Source of the DNA: Candidatus Gastranaerophilales bacterium | GTDB taxonomy: Bacteria > Cyanobacteriota > Vampirovibrionia > Gastranaerophilales > Gastranaerophilaceae | Length of the DNA: 64,000 nt | Direction: 5' to 3' | Assembly (NCBI GenBank): GCA_944323145.1 | Contig: CALURJ010000008.1 | Span: 10,727 to 74,726 of the forward strand | In this document: one piece after another, positions 36,674 to 45,129 of the stretch | Position numbering within the stretch: the first letter of the stretch is position 1 | Layout of the letters: every line of letters begins with the position of its first letter | Notes under the pieces: model-generated | What the model was told of the DNA's origin: nothing | Database searches by the model: none | What the model saw: only the letters and a program-made list of their open reading frames with translations | Translations under genes and position numbers: made by a program

Positions 36674-39235
36674 CTATAATTCTTTTAATCTCTCGTCAAA
36701 GAACCGTGTTCGTTTAATGTTAAAAGTAACATCGGGTGCAATTAAATTCATTAAAACATCTGCTCTCAATGCAGGGATACCTGCCTGTACAGTACCGTCT
36801 TTGTTGTTAATTGCGGATTGACCGGTTTTTAGTACTATGAACATACTCTCATCTTCAAATCGGTATGATTTAATTGATGGTTTGATGTCTGTTTTTTTTG
36901 TTAAACCTTTTTTGTTTTTCTTCTCAACAAATATTTCTTTGGAAGATAAAACTTTGTCTGTATTATAGCGTAAAGTTTCAAAATCGTAAAGTGATTTATT
37001 AAAAATATCAATCTTATATTCTGCCCATTGTGCAGTAACATCAATAGCGGGAGCGCTTTTTTCTATTTTTACAATACTTATAATTTTTGATTGTTCGGGC
37101 AGAACTTTCTCTAACTTTAGTTTGAATTCTTCCGGTGAAATATTGTTAAACAGTTCTACATCAACAAGTTCTGACTCGCTCTCTGCAAACAGAGGAAGTG
37201 CAATTCCCATAGAAACCTTCATCAGCGGATTAAATCCGAGTGAATATACAACATCAAAATCAGTTCTTGCAAGTGCTTTTAAGAAGGTATTCTGCCAGTC
37301 AAGGTGCGAAAAATATTTTAATATTCCTGTTTTGGTAAGTTTAATCCTGTATCTGAAAATTTCTTTGTCATATCCCTGACATATTGCGGGATCTTTAATT
37401 TCTATTTTCAAATTTTGTGCTTTATCACTTGCTTTATAAGGTTTTGCAAGAACTTTACGCGTATTTAAATTTTTACATACTCCGCAGTTAACGCATTTTG
37501 TTTCGCAGGTAGGGGTAAAATTGTTTACTTCATTCTTATCATGCGGTGTAATGGCATCCAAGTACTCATTAATAAGCCATTGTTTATCAAGTCCGACGTT
37601 TATAAAATTCCACGGCAGAATTTCATCTGTTGAATATTGATGTCCTGCAAGCTCTGCAAGATTAATTCCGAGTTCTTCCGCTGTTTCATGCCAGATTTCT
37701 TTGTTGAAATATTCTCCCCATGCATCTAAGTAACAGCCCTTTTTATATAAAGCTTCCACATACTTGCATAAATCTCTGTCACCTCTTGTTAAAACCGCTT
37801 CAATTTGTGATGTTGCATCTTCGTGGTAGTTGATTTTTAATCCTTTTATGTGAGCAGTCTTTTCTTTTAAATAATGTATATGTTCTCTGACTTTCTCTAA
37901 ATCCATCTGTCCGCACCACTGGAAAGGAGTGAATGGTTTGGGTACAAATATTGAAAGCGTACAGGTTATGTCAAGTCCGTGATTAAGTCCTTTTTCTCGT
38001 TTTATCTGCTTTGACAGATACTTAATTTTGCTAAGCAGACCTGCCATTTCATCCATATCTTCAAGAGTTTCCGTAGGAAGTCCACATATAAAGTAAAACT
38101 TTAATTTTGACCAGCCATTTTCATACAGAGTCAGAACTGCATTTAAAATTTGTTCCTCCGTTATATTTTTCTTAATAACATTTCTCAAGCGCTGGCTGCC
38201 GGCTTCCGGGGCAAGTGTCATTGTGGACTTGCGAACGCTTTGCACAAGATTTGCAAGCTCAAGGTTAAAACCGTCAATACGCTGGCTTGGAAGTGATACG
38301 GAGATTTTTTTCTCGTTAAAATCAACAGCAAGTTCTTTTATTACTTCGTTTATATTTTTATAATCATTTGAAGAAAGCGAAAGAAGAGAATATTCGTCAT
38401 AACCCGTATTTTTCACAAGTTCTTTGGCGATTTTTATGATATCTTCGGCTTCTCTTTCTCTTATTGGAAGTGTAACATGTCCAGGCTGGCAGAAACGGCA
38501 CATCCTTCCGCAGCCTCTTCTTATTTCAACAACGGCTCTGTCCTGAACAGAAGTCGAGAACGGTATCGGATAAGCTTTCAGTGCAGTTTCGTATTTTAAT
38601 TGTGCAATACGTTTGGTGACCGTACCGCCCGTTAAAGCAGACCAGCGGCCTGAACTGTCTCCTGCACAAAGGGCTTTTATTCTTTCGTTTCTTGGCATTC
38701 CTTTTGTTCTTTTTAGAATTTCACAGACTTCAACAATGCTGTCTTCGCCGTCGCCTATCATAAATACATCTATAAAATCTGCAAGCGGCAAAGGGTTAAA
38801 CGCACATGGTCCGCCTGCAATTATAATCGGATGATTATCGCTTCTTAAATCATTACGATACGGAATCTCTGACATTTCAAGCATTTTTAAGACAGTCGGA
38901 TAAGCCATTTCATACTGTAGAGAAAAACCTACTGCATCAAAATCTTTTATATGTCTTTTACTTTCCAGACCGTATAAAATTTCCGGTTTAAAATCAGGTT
39001 CCGGCGCATATACTCTGTCGCACATACAGCCGTCCTGCCTGTTTATTAAATCGTATAAAATTCTGACACCGAGGTTGCTTATGCCTATTTCGTATTTATC
39101 GGGAAATGCAAAAGCGAAACGCATCTCGGCATCATCAAAACTTTTATTGTAAGAAAGGAATTCCCCGCCTACGTATTGGTATGGCTTGCTGCAATTATGC
39201 AGGGCTTCATGATATTCTCTGAAAAAACATTCCAT
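36674..39235 (-). CDS. B12-binding radical SAM protein (TIGR03960-like) fused to DUF2344/TIGR03936-like domain
   Basis: 853 aa. N-terminal YQYVGGEF...AFAFPDKYEIGISNLGVRILY. Radical-SAM cluster motif RRGCGRMCRFC. C-terminal FRYRIKLTKTGILKYFSHLDWQNTFLKALAR...GFNP. This pairing commonly precedes rne/rng. Confidence 0.8.
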   Translation of the reverse strand: MECFFREYHEALHNCSKPYQYVGGEFLSYNKSFDDAEMRFAFAFPDKYEIGISNLGVRILYDLINRQDGCMCDRVYAPEPDFKPEILYGLESKRHIKDFDAVGFSLQYEMAYPTVLKMLEMSEIPYRNDLRSDNHPIIIAGGPCAFNPLPLADFIDVFMIGDGEDSIVEVCEILKRTKGMPRNERIKALCAGDSSGRWSALTGGTVTKRIAQLKYETALKAYPIPFSTSVQDRAVVEIRRGCGRMCRFCQPGHVTLPIREREAEDIIKIAKELVKNTGYDEYSLLSLSSNDYKNINEVIKELAVDFNEKKISVSLPSQRIDGFNLELANLVQSVRKSTMTLAPEAGSQRLRNVIKKNITEEQILNAVLTLYENGWSKLKFYFICGLPTETLEDMDEMAGLLSKIKYLSKQIKREKGLNHGLDITCTLSIFVPKPFTPFQWCGQMDLEKVREHIHYLKEKTAHIKGLKINYHEDATSQIEAVLTRGDRDLCKYVEALYKKGCYLDAWGEYFNKEIWHETAEELGINLAELAGHQYSTDEILPWNFINVGLDKQWLINEYLDAITPHDKNEVNNFTPTCETKCVNCGVCKNLNTRKVLAKPYKASDKAQNLKIEIKDPAICQGYDKEIFRYRIKLTKTGILKYFSHLDWQNTFLKALARTDFDVVYSLGFNPLMKVSMGIALPLFAESESELVDVELFNNISPEEFKLKLEKVLPEQSKIISIVKIEKSAPAIDVTAQWAEYKIDIFNKSLYDFETLRYNTDKVLSSKEIFVEKKNKKGLTKKTDIKPSIKSYRFEDESMFIVLKTGQSAINNKDGTVQAGIPALRADVLMNLIAPDVTFNIKRTRFFDERLKEL

Positions 39236-39580
39236 TTAAGCTAAATCCTCTGGGAAATATTTGTCAATTTCAATAATAGTACCGTCAAGGGTATTTTCCT
39301 CAAATGATTTCATAAATCTGAAAAGTTCGCTGTTCGGGACATCATAATTATAAAGAACCGTATCACCTTTATATTCCCGCATAACTCGTACGATATAATG
39401 ACATTTCTGCGCATATTTTTTTAAATGTTCAGGATTAAATTTGTTGCCGTTATGATCTTTATCTATCCTTACGTAGTTAAAACCGGCATAATACTTTACT
39501 TTTTCTTTAATTTCCTGCGAAAATTCACTGTTATGCTTGGAGAATATATCAATAACTTTTTTATTTATTTCATCACTCAT
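39236..39580 (-). CDS. Hypothetical protein
   Basis: 114-aa ORF directly abutting the radical SAM gene, probably its operon leader. No family recognised. Confidence 0.4.
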   Translation of the reverse strand: MSDEINKKVIDIFSKHNSEFSQEIKEKVKYYAGFNYVRIDKDHNGNKFNPEHLKKYAQKCHYIVRVMREYKGDTVLYNYDVPNSELFRFMKSFEENTLDGTIIEIDKYFPEDLA

Positions 39581-39713
39581 AATTTTTATTAAACTATATT
39601 TTATTCGGCATGGCTAAATATTAAGAAAAATATTACAAATTTGTTTACAACTTTTATGACGAAATTTTTTATTGTAACATTAAACAAGTATAGTTGGAAA
39701 AGTTGGAGTGCAA

Positions 39714-40658
39714 ATGTTTTATATCAAAAGAACAAAATCAACCGGAAGGTATGAAGTTAATTTATTCGGTTTAAAAATGAAGTTTCGTGCAGGTAAAGGA
39801 GCTGTTGATGCGTATAAGTTTGAAAATTTGTTATATGAACTTGCTGACCCGAGAACTTTGGCGTCTGTAAAGCTGCCGAAGGTTCTGAATGCCTGGGATG
39901 CTTTGTACGCCCTGACTTCTTCAAATAAATCCATGGCCAGATGCGGTGACGGTGAATTTAAACTGATTATGGGCGAGAACATAAGTTTTCAAAAATATGA
40001 TCCGAAACTTGCTGACAGACTAAAAAATATTTTAAGAAACCAAAATAGCAGTATAATCGTTGGAATAACAGATGCATTCGGTTTTTGCCCCAGTGATTAT
40101 ATGAAGCAGGTAATGGTTCAATGCCGCGAAACTCTTTATAAATATATTGATTTTTCAAAGACTTATATTGATACAAATGTAACACGCCAGCTTGTGTTCG
40201 GGAGTTATGAACAAGGTGTGGATTATTACCGGAAAATGAAAACTCTCTGGCAAGATAAAGATATAGTACTTGTCGAAGGAGCAGGAAGCAGGGTTGGTAT
40301 AGGTAATGATCTTCTGGAAGGTGCAGCTTCAATAAAAAGAATTGTTTGTCCTATAAAAAATGCGTTTTCAAAGTATGATGAAATTTTGAAAATTTGTCTT
40401 GAACATCCAAAAGATACACTTTTTGTTATGGCTCTCGGTCCTACTGCTACAGTTCTTGCAGAAGATTTGGCAAATGCGGGATACAGAGCACTGGATATGG
40501 GACATGTTGATACGGCCTATGAAGCTTTTTTGAGAAAATCAGATAAATTTGTTCATGTCGAAGGCAAGATTGTTTTCAACGAAGAACGAAATGAAAGCAG
40601 TTTAAAACCCTGCGTTGATAAAAAATATTACGAACAAATCATAGCAGCAGTAAAATAA
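39714..40658 (+). CDS. GT-D type glycosyltransferase (DUF1792 / SP_1767-like)
   Basis: The motifs MARCGDGEFKLI, LVEGAGSRVGIGNDLL, ALGPTATVLA and GHVD match the SP_1767/GT-D family pattern. I prefer ATG 39714 with GGAG 5 nt upstream over the track's GTG at 39708. Confidence 0.7.
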   Translation: MFYIKRTKSTGRYEVNLFGLKMKFRAGKGAVDAYKFENLLYELADPRTLASVKLPKVLNAWDALYALTSSNKSMARCGDGEFKLIMGENISFQKYDPKLADRLKNILRNQNSSIIVGITDAFGFCPSDYMKQVMVQCRETLYKYIDFSKTYIDTNVTRQLVFGSYEQGVDYYRKMKTLWQDKDIVLVEGAGSRVGIGNDLLEGAASIKRIVCPIKNAFSKYDEILKICLEHPKDTLFVMALGPTATVLAEDLANAGYRALDMGHVDTAYEAFLRKSDKFVHVEGKIVFNEERNESSLKPCVDKKYYEQIIAAVK

Positions 40659-40663
40659 AAATA

Positions 40664-40996
40664 TTATTTGCCTGCTTTTTTTGCATAATCTGTATATTCT
40701 TTTATAAAATCAATAATCTCAAGTGCGAGTTCTTTTCTGACATCAATAGGGGCATTTTTAAGATACTCCATTGCATGTGAAACTTTGATGTTTTTGTCAT
40801 ACCATCTGCGCATAATATAATTGTACTGATCATCAAGCGACATTTCAATGTTAAAGTCAATATCTTTTAACCTGTCAATGATAAAATCAGCACAGCGAAC
40901 CTGAATGTATTCTTCAGCTTTTTCAAGCTTTTCAACTGCCCTGCTTACAACAGGGTCAATATCATACCAACGCTTTTTCATACATTCATAATACAA
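40664..40996 (-). CDS. Small RWYD-repeat protein (paralog 2)
   Basis: 110 aa. Two internal half-repeats each begin (K/R)RWYD (KRWYDIDPVVSRAVEKL..., RRWYDKNIKVSHAMEYL...). Confidence 0.5.
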   Translation of the reverse strand: MYYECMKKRWYDIDPVVSRAVEKLEKAEEYIQVRCADFIIDRLKDIDFNIEMSLDDQYNYIMRRWYDKNIKVSHAMEYLKNAPIDVRKELALEIIDFIKEYTDYAKKAGK

Positions 40997-41020
40997 ATTT
41001 TTTTATAATATGTCAATATA

Positions 41021-41341
41021 TTAGGCCACTGCTTCTTTTTCGTTTTTATATGCAAGAACTGACAGCGATACTTCCTTTTGAATTTCTTTTTGGGTTTCTT
41101 TCAAATAAGAAAATGCTCTTGATATAATTTCGTTACGGTCATACCATCTTGTATGCCTGTTTTCAAGGTTACTTTTGGCAGCATTTTTAATATAGGCCAT
41201 CTCTGTATCTTTCTCTTTTATCAGTCGAATAATGTAGTTTGCATAATCAACCTGCGCATCGGGTGCTGCACACTCAATCATACTAATTGCCATACAAACA
41301 TCAGGTTCTATGTCGTACCAACGCATTTCAGCTTCCTCCAA
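41021..41341 (-). CDS. Small RWYD-repeat protein (paralog 1)
   Basis: 106 aa with the same architecture (MRWYDIEPDVCMAISMI..., TRWYDRNEIISRAFSYL...). Confidence 0.5.
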   Translation of the reverse strand: MEEAEMRWYDIEPDVCMAISMIECAAPDAQVDYANYIIRLIKEKDTEMAYIKNAAKSNLENRHTRWYDRNEIISRAFSYLKETQKEIQKEVSLSVLAYKNEKEAVA

Positions 41342-41411
41342 TCTATGTACAATTTATTATGCCCATATTTTAATAAAATAAAACAAATTGTCAAAAATTT
41401 TTTTACATTTT

Positions 41412-41440
41412 TTGAATTTGTTACATAACTATTGTATAAT
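41412..41440 (+). promoter_or_regulatory. Sigma70 promoter positioned for a leaderless transcript
   Basis: TTGAAT (41412-41417), 17-bp spacer, perfect TATAAT (41435-41440). ATG 41447 lies 7 nt after the -10 and there is no SD. Confidence 0.4.
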
Positions 41441-41446
41441 TTTGAT

Positions 41447-42601
41447 ATGAAAAAATTTATTGCCTCATTAATTTTAACAGCTTTTATTTTTTCAAACACT
41501 GCAGTTTACGCTGAAGTGCTGGAGGGGCATGCTGAAAAAACTGACACCTATGAGCAGCAGCTGCAAAAAGAACTTTTTACAGGCGAGATTGAACATCTGG
41601 AAAGAAAAGATATTATAAATATGACTGTTTCTCAGGTGTTGGACAGTAATATTAATATTGAAGGGGATGAATTTTTTGCCGAAGTCACAGATGAAGTAAA
41701 AGGAGACAAAGGCGTAATAATTCCTAAAGGCACTATTGCACATGGGCGTATTACTCAGACGGGAGATCCCCAAAGACTAGGGCGGCAGGGATGGATTTCT
41801 CTGGATTTTGATTATTTGGTTACGCCTGACGGGAGAGAAATTCCTATAGAGGGGAAAATGTCTACCAAACTTCATCCTGTTGCAGAAGCTTCTAAAATAG
41901 TTGTTCAGGATGTCGGATACACTCTTGCCGGCGGTGCTGTTGGCGGATTTTTGGCATTAAACTGGCTTGGTCTTGAAGCTGCGATTGCATCACAAGGTTA
42001 TACAGTTGCGGGAGGCGCGGCAATAGGCGGGGCTATCGGGCTTGGTATGGCATTGATAAGGAAAGGCAGCGATGTTTTAATAGCTCCTGGAGATCAGATT
42101 AGAGTTAAAATCAATACGTCAGTACCTCTTCCTGTCTATAAAGAAACTGCTCTTATGCAGCATGAAATGTTTTACCCGGGACTTGATATTCATATTAGCG
42201 ATATCAGGCATGAAAAGGATCCTTTCGGTGAAGTAAATACAATTACTTTAACTGTGATGATTTCAAATATGTCTGACAAAACTTTTTCCGGATTGGATAT
42301 GGGGCTTGTAAATGATTATAACGCGGTATTTCGTCCTTCAATTTTTGGGGATACAAAGTTAATGTTTAAGCAAATAAAGCCAGGTGATAAATTTGTCGGA
42401 AATGTTTCATTTGCTGTTGACAATATAGATCGAAAATTCTGGTTGACCTTCTATGACAGGAGAACAGGTACTGCGTTAACAAAAATTTCTGTTGACAATG
42501 CATACAGAAAAGTTTCTGATAGAACGAAAAAGAAAAATTTAAAGCTGCGAAGACAAAAAACGAACTTTAAAAAAGAGGAGGACTTACTGGATATTCAGTA
42601 A
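41447..42601 (+). CDS. Secreted protein with glycine-zipper segment (possible TrbI/VirB10-like beta region)
   Basis: Signal peptide MKKFIASLILTAFIFSNTAVYA. The segment IIPKGTIAHGRITQ...LDFDYLVTPDGREIPIEG resembles TrbI-like barrels. The glycine-rich segment is GGAVGGFLAL...AGGAAIGGAIGLGMAL. The track start TTG 41432 falls inside the -10 box. Confidence 0.4.
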   Translation: MKKFIASLILTAFIFSNTAVYAEVLEGHAEKTDTYEQQLQKELFTGEIEHLERKDIINMTVSQVLDSNINIEGDEFFAEVTDEVKGDKGVIIPKGTIAHGRITQTGDPQRLGRQGWISLDFDYLVTPDGREIPIEGKMSTKLHPVAEASKIVVQDVGYTLAGGAVGGFLALNWLGLEAAIASQGYTVAGGAAIGGAIGLGMALIRKGSDVLIAPGDQIRVKINTSVPLPVYKETALMQHEMFYPGLDIHISDIRHEKDPFGEVNTITLTVMISNMSDKTFSGLDMGLVNDYNAVFRPSIFGDTKLMFKQIKPGDKFVGNVSFAVDNIDRKFWLTFYDRRTGTALTKISVDNAYRKVSDRTKKKNLKLRRQKTNFKKEEDLLDIQ

Positions 42602-42693
42602 ATGTAACGTTTTTGTCATTAATATGTTGAAATAAAAAATTTTTATGTTACAATGTTAGTAATTAGAATATAAGAAAGAAAGTAGAGGAACGT

Positions 42694-43035
42694 ATGGTGT
42701 GCGGTAAACTTGAAATAGATATCTTAAATTCATTCTGGCAGCTGACAGAAGACGATGAAGACAGAGATATTTCTATTCAAGATATAGTTGACGACTTGTC
42801 TGCTAATGGTGTTGAAAGAGCTTATACAACGATAAAAACCGTAATGGACAGATTGACTATGAAATCAATTCTTGTTCGTTATAAAGTCGGAAAAAAGTTC
42901 TTTTATAAAGCTGCAATGAGCAAAAATGAACTGGCTTCAGAAGCCCTTAAGACTGTGGCCGAACAGTTTTTTAACGGCGATTATGTTAAATTGATTAAAT
43001 TTGCCGAACATGAAGCTGAAGATATGTTAGTATAA
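42694..43035 (+). CDS. BlaI/MecI/CopY-family transcriptional repressor
   Basis: 113 aa with a winged helix (ISIQDIVDDLSANGVERAYTTIKTVMDRLTMKSILVRYKVGKKFFYKA). Confidence 0.75.
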   Translation: MVCGKLEIDILNSFWQLTEDDEDRDISIQDIVDDLSANGVERAYTTIKTVMDRLTMKSILVRYKVGKKFFYKAAMSKNELASEALKTVAEQFFNGDYVKLIKFAEHEAEDMLV

Positions 43036-43036
43036 A

Positions 43037-43420
43037 ATGGGCGTGTTTGAAGACAGAGTTTTGGTGGCAGACCTGATAAGACAGGTTTTGATTTCTCGTA
43101 TGTGTGTAAGAGAAGCTGTTTTAAATTTCCCGCGTGATACTCAGGATAAAAGTATTCATGCGGCTTACCATGCTCTTGTTCATTATGAGGCCGACGAGGA
43201 TTTGAGAAAACGAGATAATTTATACAGGGAAGAGCAGGATGATTATCTTGAATTTCTTTCAAGTCTTCTTGAGCGCGGTGAGGATTTACCCGAAAATATA
43301 ATTAAAAATTATGAAAAATATTATGAGTGTGCTAATATCCCTCATGAAAAAAATACAAAAGGTTTTTTAAAAGGATTTTTAAAATTTTTGAACGTTAAAG
43401 ACTATTCTGACAGTAACTAA
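43037..43420 (+). CDS. Hypothetical protein occupying the position usually held by a BlaR1-type sensor
   Basis: 127 aa, soluble-looking. Its start is 2 nt after the blaI-like stop. No M56 peptidase motifs. Confidence 0.4.
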   Translation: MGVFEDRVLVADLIRQVLISRMCVREAVLNFPRDTQDKSIHAAYHALVHYEADEDLRKRDNLYREEQDDYLEFLSSLLERGEDLPENIIKNYEKYYECANIPHEKNTKGFLKGFLKFLNVKDYSDSN

Positions 43421-43432
43421 AAAGGAGAGAAC

Positions 43433-44476
43433 ATGAAAAAATTATTGGTACTTTTGGCAGTGGTTATTCTTACAGGAAGCTGTGTTTTTGCAAAGGCAGA
43501 ACAGACGCTTGATGTTTTGCCGCTGTTTAATTCTCAGTCAATACAGCAAAACAGATTGTGGGTCGGAACATTTCAGCTTGTATGGAATGATTTGATGGAT
43601 GGAATTATTAAAGGCCCGGTAAAATTTGAGGATTATAAATCACCTTTGGCAAAACAGCTGAATAAACAGTCATTTAAAGCAGATCAGCTTTCAGAAGATT
43701 CTTATTACAAAACATTCGGAGAAACATCTCCTGAGTTAAAAACCGAAATTGAAAATGCTATTAAAGAAAAGTTTGGTGAAACAAGTGATATTTTAAACTC
43801 ATTTGACTGGACCCCTGCAAAAGGAAAATTCTTCATTTACGCAATGCTTAAAAAGGATTTTAAATTCCTGACGGCTTTTGATAAGTTAAAACCTGCAAGA
43901 TTCGGGCATTCATTTAAAAAAGTTGACTATTTCGGTATAGATAAAAACAGCGACAAAATACTTGATAAAACAGTTCACGTGTTGTTCTATAACTCATCAA
44001 AAGACTTTGCCGTTGCGGTTACAACACAAGGAAAAGATGTGCTTTATCTTTACAGAACCGACGATAATAAAAATTTCGAGAGACTATACGCTGACATGTT
44101 TATGAAAAAAGCTAAATTTGAAGGCACTAGAGAATTTTTAGAGAAGGATGAATTTAAAGTTCCTGATATAAATCTTTATAGCGAAAAATCGTTTGACGAG
44201 TTGTGTAACCATCCTATTAAAAATACGGACATAACATTGGACAAAGCTATAGAAACCGTAGAATTTAAGATGAATAATGAAGGTGTAAAATTGAAATCGG
44301 AAGCAGCTATTGTAACAACAATGTCTATGCCTTTGCCGGCTGAAAAGTTAAAACCGAGAAAATTCTATTTTGATGATACATTTGTTCTTTTCTTGCAGGA
44401 ATCAGATAAAGATATGCCGTATTTTGCATTGCGGGTTGATGATGTATCTCTTATAAATAAAACCGGTAAAAATTAA
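43433..44476 (+). CDS. Secreted serpin-like protein
   Basis: 347 aa with a signal peptide. The serpin C-terminal pattern is present: EGVKLKSEAAIVTTMSMP (hinge/RCL-like) and FYFDDTFVLFLQESDKDMPYFALRV (compare FxxDRPFLFxI...LFxGRV). Confidence 0.6.
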   Translation: MKKLLVLLAVVILTGSCVFAKAEQTLDVLPLFNSQSIQQNRLWVGTFQLVWNDLMDGIIKGPVKFEDYKSPLAKQLNKQSFKADQLSEDSYYKTFGETSPELKTEIENAIKEKFGETSDILNSFDWTPAKGKFFIYAMLKKDFKFLTAFDKLKPARFGHSFKKVDYFGIDKNSDKILDKTVHVLFYNSSKDFAVAVTTQGKDVLYLYRTDDNKNFERLYADMFMKKAKFEGTREFLEKDEFKVPDINLYSEKSFDELCNHPIKNTDITLDKAIETVEFKMNNEGVKLKSEAAIVTTMSMPLPAEKLKPRKFYFDDTFVLFLQESDKDMPYFALRVDDVSLINKTGKN

Positions 44477-44484
44477 CATAAAAA

Positions 44485-44518
44485 ATCACCCTCTCAATAA
44501 AGCGGTAAAGAGGGTGAT
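44485..44518. terminator. Bidirectional intrinsic terminator
   Basis: atcaccctct / agagggtgat 10-bp stem flanked by A6 and T7 runs, between convergent genes. Confidence 0.7.
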
Positions 44519-44526
44519 TTTTTTAT

Positions 44527-45129
44527 CTATATTTGTTTTATTATAACTAAATTCCTTGTATAGTTCTCTTCTAATGGTAAATTGTATTCAATTACATCAA
44601 TTACTTTTGCATTATATTTTTTTAGGGTTTGTTTTGCATCTGAAATTTCTTCTCCGGCTTTAATTGATTTATATGCCGCAAAATATCCGTCATTTTTCAA
44701 TAAAGGAATTGCATATTCAGTAATTGTTTTTAGAGGAGCAACCGCACGTGAGGTTATTATATTATATTTCCCTTTGATATTTTCAGCTCTGTCACATATA
44801 GTATGCAGATTTTCTATATTAAGTTCGGCTTTAATATTTTCAATTGCATTGATTTTTTTTCTTATACTGTCGAGTGCAAAAACTTCAATTTGCGGGCAGG
44901 CAATCGCAATTGGTACAGCCGGAAATCCTCCCCCTGTACCGATATCTAATAGAGTAAGCTCGGGAATTCCCGAAGTGTAATATTTATCAAAAAAATATTT
45001 GATTGCAAGGCTGTCAAATATGTGTTTTTCCCATAAATATTTTTCATCATTTTTTGAAATTAAATTGATTTTTGCATTCTGGTTAAGAAAAGAATGTATA
45101 TATTTTTCATAAAACTCTTTATTTTTCAT
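44527..45129 (-). CDS. rsmG: 16S rRNA (guanine527-N7)-methyltransferase RsmG
   Basis: 200 aa. LLDIGTGGGFPAVPIAI SAM motif and GidB-like overall pattern. Confidence 0.9.
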   Translation of the reverse strand: MKNKEFYEKYIHSFLNQNAKINLISKNDEKYLWEKHIFDSLAIKYFFDKYYTSGIPELTLLDIGTGGGFPAVPIAIACPQIEVFALDSIRKKINAIENIKAELNIENLHTICDRAENIKGKYNIITSRAVAPLKTITEYAIPLLKNDGYFAAYKSIKAGEEISDAKQTLKKYNAKVIDVIEYNLPLEENYTRNLVIIKQI

